From a virus (taxonomy: Duplodnaviria; Heunggongvirae; Uroviricota; Caudoviricetes), in IMG/VR virus record IMGVR_UViG_2541047860_000008: a DNA stretch of 9,750 nt; one strand, given 5' to 3'. A program made the translations under genes and the position numbers. Position 1 is the stretch's first letter. Each line of letters starts with the position of its first letter. The notes beneath the pieces are model-generated. The model was given only the letters and a program-made list of their open reading frames with translations. It searched no databases and was not told where the DNA came from. Shown piece after piece: positions 6,846 to 9,750 of this stretch.

Positions 6846-8008
6846 TGCCGGATGCGTTGACATTTGATGCAGGCAGTACGCTGACGCCGGATTACATGCT
6901 GATGCTCGACAGCAGGGATATTACCGGCAATATCAGCGACCGTCTGATGAGCATGACCCTGACGGATAACCGGGGCTTTGAGGCTGACCAGCTTGATATT
7001 GAACTGAACGATGCCGACGGGCAGGTCGGGCTGCCGGTTCGTGGCGCTGTCCTGACGGTGTATATCGGCTGGAAAGGTTTTGCCCTGGTATGTAAAGGGA
7101 AATTCACCGTTGATGAGGTTGAACACCGGGGCGCACCGGATGTGGTCACCATCCGCGCCCGGAGTGCAGATTTTCGCGGGACGCTCAATTCCCGCCGTGA
7201 AGGCTCCTGGCATGACACCACGCTCGGTGCGATTGTTGAGGCGATTGCCTCCCGTAACAGGCTGGAAGCCAGTGTCGCTCCGTCACTGGCCGGAATTAAA
7301 ATCCCGCACATCGACCAGTCGCAGGAGTCTGATGCTAAATTCCTGACCCGTCTTGCTGAACGCAACGGCGGTGAGGTGTCGGTAAAAATGGGAAAACTGC
7401 TGTTTCTCAAAGCGGGGCAGGGGGTGACGGCCAGCGGTAAAAAAATCCCGCAGATTACCATCACCCGCAGCGACGGCGACCGCCATCATTTTGCGATTGC
7501 TGACCGTGGAGCCTATACCGGCGTAACGGCAAAGTGGTTACACACCAAAGACCCGAAGCCGCAAAAGCAGAAGGTAAAACTGAAACGCAAAAAGAAAGAG
7601 AAACACCTGCGCGCACTGGAGCACCCGAAAGCGAAACCGGTCAGGCAGAAGAAAGCGCCAAAAGTACCGGAAGCCCGCGAAGGTGAATACATGGCCGGTG
7701 AGGCTGATAACGTTTTTGCCCTGACCACGGTGTATGCCACGAAAGCACAGGCCATGCGCGCCGCTCAGGCGAAGTGGGATAAGCTGCAACGGGGTGTAGC
7801 GGAGTTCTCCATCAGCCTGGCTACTGGTCGGGCTGATATTTACACGGAAACACCGGTTAAAGTGTCAGGCTTTAAGCGCGTCATAGACGAGCAGGACTGG
7901 ACAATCACTAAGGTGACACATTTTCTGAATAATAGCGGCTTCACGACGTCCTTAGAGCTTGAGGTCAGGCTTTCTGATGTGGAGTACGAAACAGAAGATG
8001 ATGAGTGA
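6845..8008 (+). CDS. D: Tail protein gpD (Phage_GPD family, baseplate hub-like), 387 aa
   Basis: The 387-aa product equals P2 D in length and occupies the U-D-ogr position. It contains a Lys-rich segment at about aa 235-281. Confidence 0.9.
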   Translation: MPDALTFDAGSTLTPDYMLMLDSRDITGNISDRLMSMTLTDNRGFEADQLDIELNDADGQVGLPVRGAVLTVYIGWKGFALVCKGKFTVDEVEHRGAPDVVTIRARSADFRGTLNSRREGSWHDTTLGAIVEAIASRNRLEASVAPSLAGIKIPHIDQSQESDAKFLTRLAERNGGEVSVKMGKLLFLKAGQGVTASGKKIPQITITRSDGDRHHFAIADRGAYTGVTAKWLHTKDPKPQKQKVKLKRKKKEKHLRALEHPKAKPVRQKKAPKVPEAREGEYMAGEADNVFALTTVYATKAQAMRAAQAKWDKLQRGVAEFSISLATGRADIYTETPVKVSGFKRVIDEQDWTITKVTHFLNNSGFTTSLELEVRLSDVEYETEDDE

Positions 8009-8089
8009 TATGTTTTATTTATCTGTTTGTTTTATAAGGATAAATTAACTAAAATGGCACCATCAACAAAACTGGAAGAGGTGCTCGCG

Positions 8090-8308
8090 ATGTTTCATTG
8101 TCCTTTATGCCAGCATGCCGCACATGCGCGTACAAGCCGCTATATCACTGACACGACAAAAGAGCGTTATCACCAGTGTCAGAACGTGAATTGCAGCGCC
8201 ACGTTCATCACTTATGAGTCGGTACAGCGATACATCGTGAAGCCGGGAGAAGTCCACGCCGTAAAACCGCACCCGTTGCCGTCAGGGCAGCAAATTATGT
8301 GGATGTAA
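8090..8308 (+). CDS. ogr: Late gene transcriptional activator Ogr (zinc-finger), 72 aa
   Basis: From the ATG at 8090 the product is MFHCPLCQHAAHARTSRYITDTTKERYHQCQNVNCSATFITYESVQRYIVKPGEVHAVKPHPLPSGQQIMWM, which I recognise as near-identical to P2 Ogr. It carries the C-X2-C-X22-C-X4-C zinc finger (C4, C7, C30, C35), with a GAGGTG RBS about 10 nt upstream. The ORF-track start at 8027 adds 21 residues that are not part of Ogr. Confidence 0.92.
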   Translation: MFHCPLCQHAAHARTSRYITDTTKERYHQCQNVNCSATFITYESVQRYIVKPGEVHAVKPHPLPSGQQIMWM

Positions 8309-8380
8309 TTACAAACAGAAAGCCCCTCAGTCGTGTACTGCACCCATTTTGTTGGACGATGAAATGGAATAGCCCCTAAT

Positions 8381-8902
8381 ATGTCAAAGCCAAAATACCC
8401 TTTTGAAAAGCGCCTTGAAGTCGTGAATCACTACTTCACAACTGATGATGGTTACAGGATCATCTCGGCACGTTTTGGTGTCCCCCGAACCCAGGTCAGG
8501 ACATGGGTTGCCCTCTATGAAAAACATGGAGAAAAAGGTTTAATTCCCAAACCTAAAGGCGTTAGTGCTGATCCAGAGTTGCGTATTAAGGTCGTGAAAG
8601 CTGTGATCGAGCAGCACATGTCCCTTAATCAGGCTGCTGCTCACTTTATGCTTGCTGGTAGTGGTTCTGTAGCCAGGTGGCTGAAGGTCTATGAAGAGCG
8701 CGGAGAAGCTGGTTTACGCGCGCTCAAGATTGGCACCAAAAGAAACATTGCAATATCAGTTGATCCAGAAAAAGCGGCATCAGCATTGGAGCTGTCAAAA
8801 GACCGACGCATTGAGGATCTTGAAAGGCAAGTTCGATTTCTTGAAACGCGGCTTATGTATCTAAAAAAGCTGAAAGCCTTAGCTCATCCCACGAAAAAGT
8901 GA
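8381..8902 (+). CDS. insJ: IS150-like transposase OrfA (InsJ-like, HTH DNA-binding), 173 aa
   Basis: ATG at 8381 just inside the left end. The 173-aa product (MSKPKYPFEKRLEVVNHYFTTDDGYRIISARFGVPRTQVRTWVALYEKHGEKGL...) has helix-turn-helix character and a C-terminal leucine-zipper-like region, typical of IS3-family OrfA. Confidence 0.9.
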   Translation: MSKPKYPFEKRLEVVNHYFTTDDGYRIISARFGVPRTQVRTWVALYEKHGEKGLIPKPKGVSADPELRIKVVKAVIEQHMSLNQAAAHFMLAGSGSVARWLKVYEERGEAGLRALKIGTKRNIAISVDPEKAASALELSKDRRIEDLERQVRFLETRLMYLKKLKALAHPTKK

Positions 8903-8923
8903 AAGTACTCAACGAGCTAAGGC
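8863..8923 (+). other. IS150-type programmed -1 frameshift signal: slippery heptamer plus downstream stem-loop
   Basis: A AAA AAG (8863-8869) lies in the OrfA zero frame (codons CTA AAA AAG). Six nt downstream, GCCTTAGCTC (8876-8885) pairs perfectly with GAGCTAAGGC (8914-8923), giving a 10-bp stem with a 28-nt loop. The -1 frame continues into OrfB. Confidence 0.8.
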
Positions 8924-9750
8924 AGTTTTATCCTCTTGATGAGCTTCTCAGGGCTGCGGAGATACCGCGCAGTACGTTTTATTATCATCTAAAGGCTCTC
9001 AGCAAGCCTGACAAGTATGCGGACGTTAAAAAGCGTATTAGTGAGATTTATCACGAGAATAGAGGCCGATACGGATACCGTAGGGTAACGCTGTCTCTTC
9101 ATCGAGAAGGGAAACAGATTAACCATAAAGCTGTTCAGCGCCTGATGGGAACCCTCTCACTTAAAGCAGCGATTAAGGTCAAGCGATACCGCTCTTACAG
9201 AGGAGAGGTAGGGCAAACCGCCCCTAATGTTCTCCAAAGAGATTTCAAGGCTACGCGGCCAAACGAGAAGTGGGTTACCGATGTTACTGAATTTGCAGTC
9301 AATGGGCGCAAGCTGTATTTGTCTCCAGTAATAGATCTCTTCAACAACGAAGTTATTTCTTACAGCCTTTCGGAAAGACCAGTGATGAACATGGTTGAGA
9401 ATATGCTCGATCAGGCATTCAAAAAGCTTAATCCTCACGAGCATCCTGTTCTGCACTCTGACCAGGGATGGCAGTATCGTATGAGAAGATATCAAAATAT
9501 CCTTAAAGAACATGGTATTAAACAAAGCATGTCCAGAAAAGGCAATTGTCTGGATAATGCTGTGGTGGAGTGTTTCTTTGGAACCTTAAAGTCGGAGTGT
9601 TTTTATCTTGATGAGTTCAGTAATATAAGCGAACTGAAGGATGCTGTTACGGAATATATTGAATACTACAACAGCAGAAGAATTAGCCTGAAATTAAAAG
9701 GTCTGACTCCAATTGAATATCGGAATCAGACCTATATGCCTCGTGTTTAA
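8899..9750 (+). CDS. insK: IS150-like transposase OrfB (InsK-like, DDE/RNase H-fold catalytic domain), 283 aa; expressed mainly as an OrfAB fusion by -1 frameshift
   Basis: The -1 frame relative to OrfA is open from the slip site to the TAA at 9748-9750. The product contains ...KWVTDVTEF...HSDQGWQY...[14 protein letters not shown]..., the D, D and E regions of an IS3-family DDE transposase. The ORF-track start at 8899 is a GTG. Confidence 0.9.

Larger units (their letters stand above)
8334..9750 (+). mobile_element. IS150: IS3-family insertion sequence, IS150-like (right terminus lies just beyond the window)
   Basis: The left end begins TGTACTGCACCC... at 8334 (IS3-family ends start with TG). 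It has two overlapping ORFs of 173 and 283 aa, the sizes of IS150 InsJ and InsK, an A AAA AAG frameshift site and a downstream stem-loop. GC content is lower than the flanking phage genes. OrfB stops at 9748-9750, so the right inverted repeat is cut off. Confidence 0.85.

Noticed and set aside
6755-7464. Minus-strand ORFs of 152 and 190 aa overlapping U and D
   Set aside because: These are antisense to intact, correctly sized U and D genes, with no independent signals.
8027-8089. N-terminal extension of ogr (ORF track starts at 8027, giving 93 aa)
   Set aside because: The real Ogr starts at the ATG at 8090 (MFHCPLCQ..., 72 aa, with its own RBS). The upstream 21 codons lie in the AT-rich D-ogr intergenic region that more plausibly holds the ogr promoter.
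9157-9525. 122-aa minus-strand ORF inside IS150 orfB
   Set aside because: Antisense shadow within the transposase gene, with no supporting signals.
1-9750. Search for a cryptic defence or other novel system (CRISPR, retron-like ncRNA, toxin-antitoxin pair, tRNA)
   Set aside because: There are no repeat-spacer arrays, no tRNA-like structures, and no unexplained intact ORFs outside the tail genes, ogr and the IS element. Every gap is under 330 bp.

Overview
This window is the tail-morphogenesis end of a P2-like (Peduovirus-type) prophage, probably in Escherichia coli or a close enterobacterium, with every gene on the + strand in the canonical P2 order. It runs from the 3' part of tail-fibre gene H (a conserved P2-type shaft joined to a glycine-rich tip) through the tail-fibre assembly gene, a 320-bp non-coding gap with an intrinsic terminator, FI (sheath), FII (tube), E and the -1 frameshifted E+E', T (tape measure), U, D and the zinc-finger late activator ogr. 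Product lengths match what I remember for P2 (FI 396, FII 172, E 91, E+E' 142, T 815, U 159, D 387, Ogr 72 aa). Twenty-five bp after ogr an IS3-family insertion sequence with IS150 organisation (173-aa OrfA, 283-aa OrfB, A AAA AAG slip site plus stem-loop) begins and runs past the window end. I did not find a convincing novel or undescribed system: the known cargo hotspot between G and FI is essentially empty, and antisense ORFs are shadows of the tail genes. The items most worth a second look are the mosaic polyglycine-rich fibre tip, the IS insertion at the prophage edge next to ogr, and the recoding and RNA-structure signals. All homology statements are from reading the translations against memory, not from database searches.
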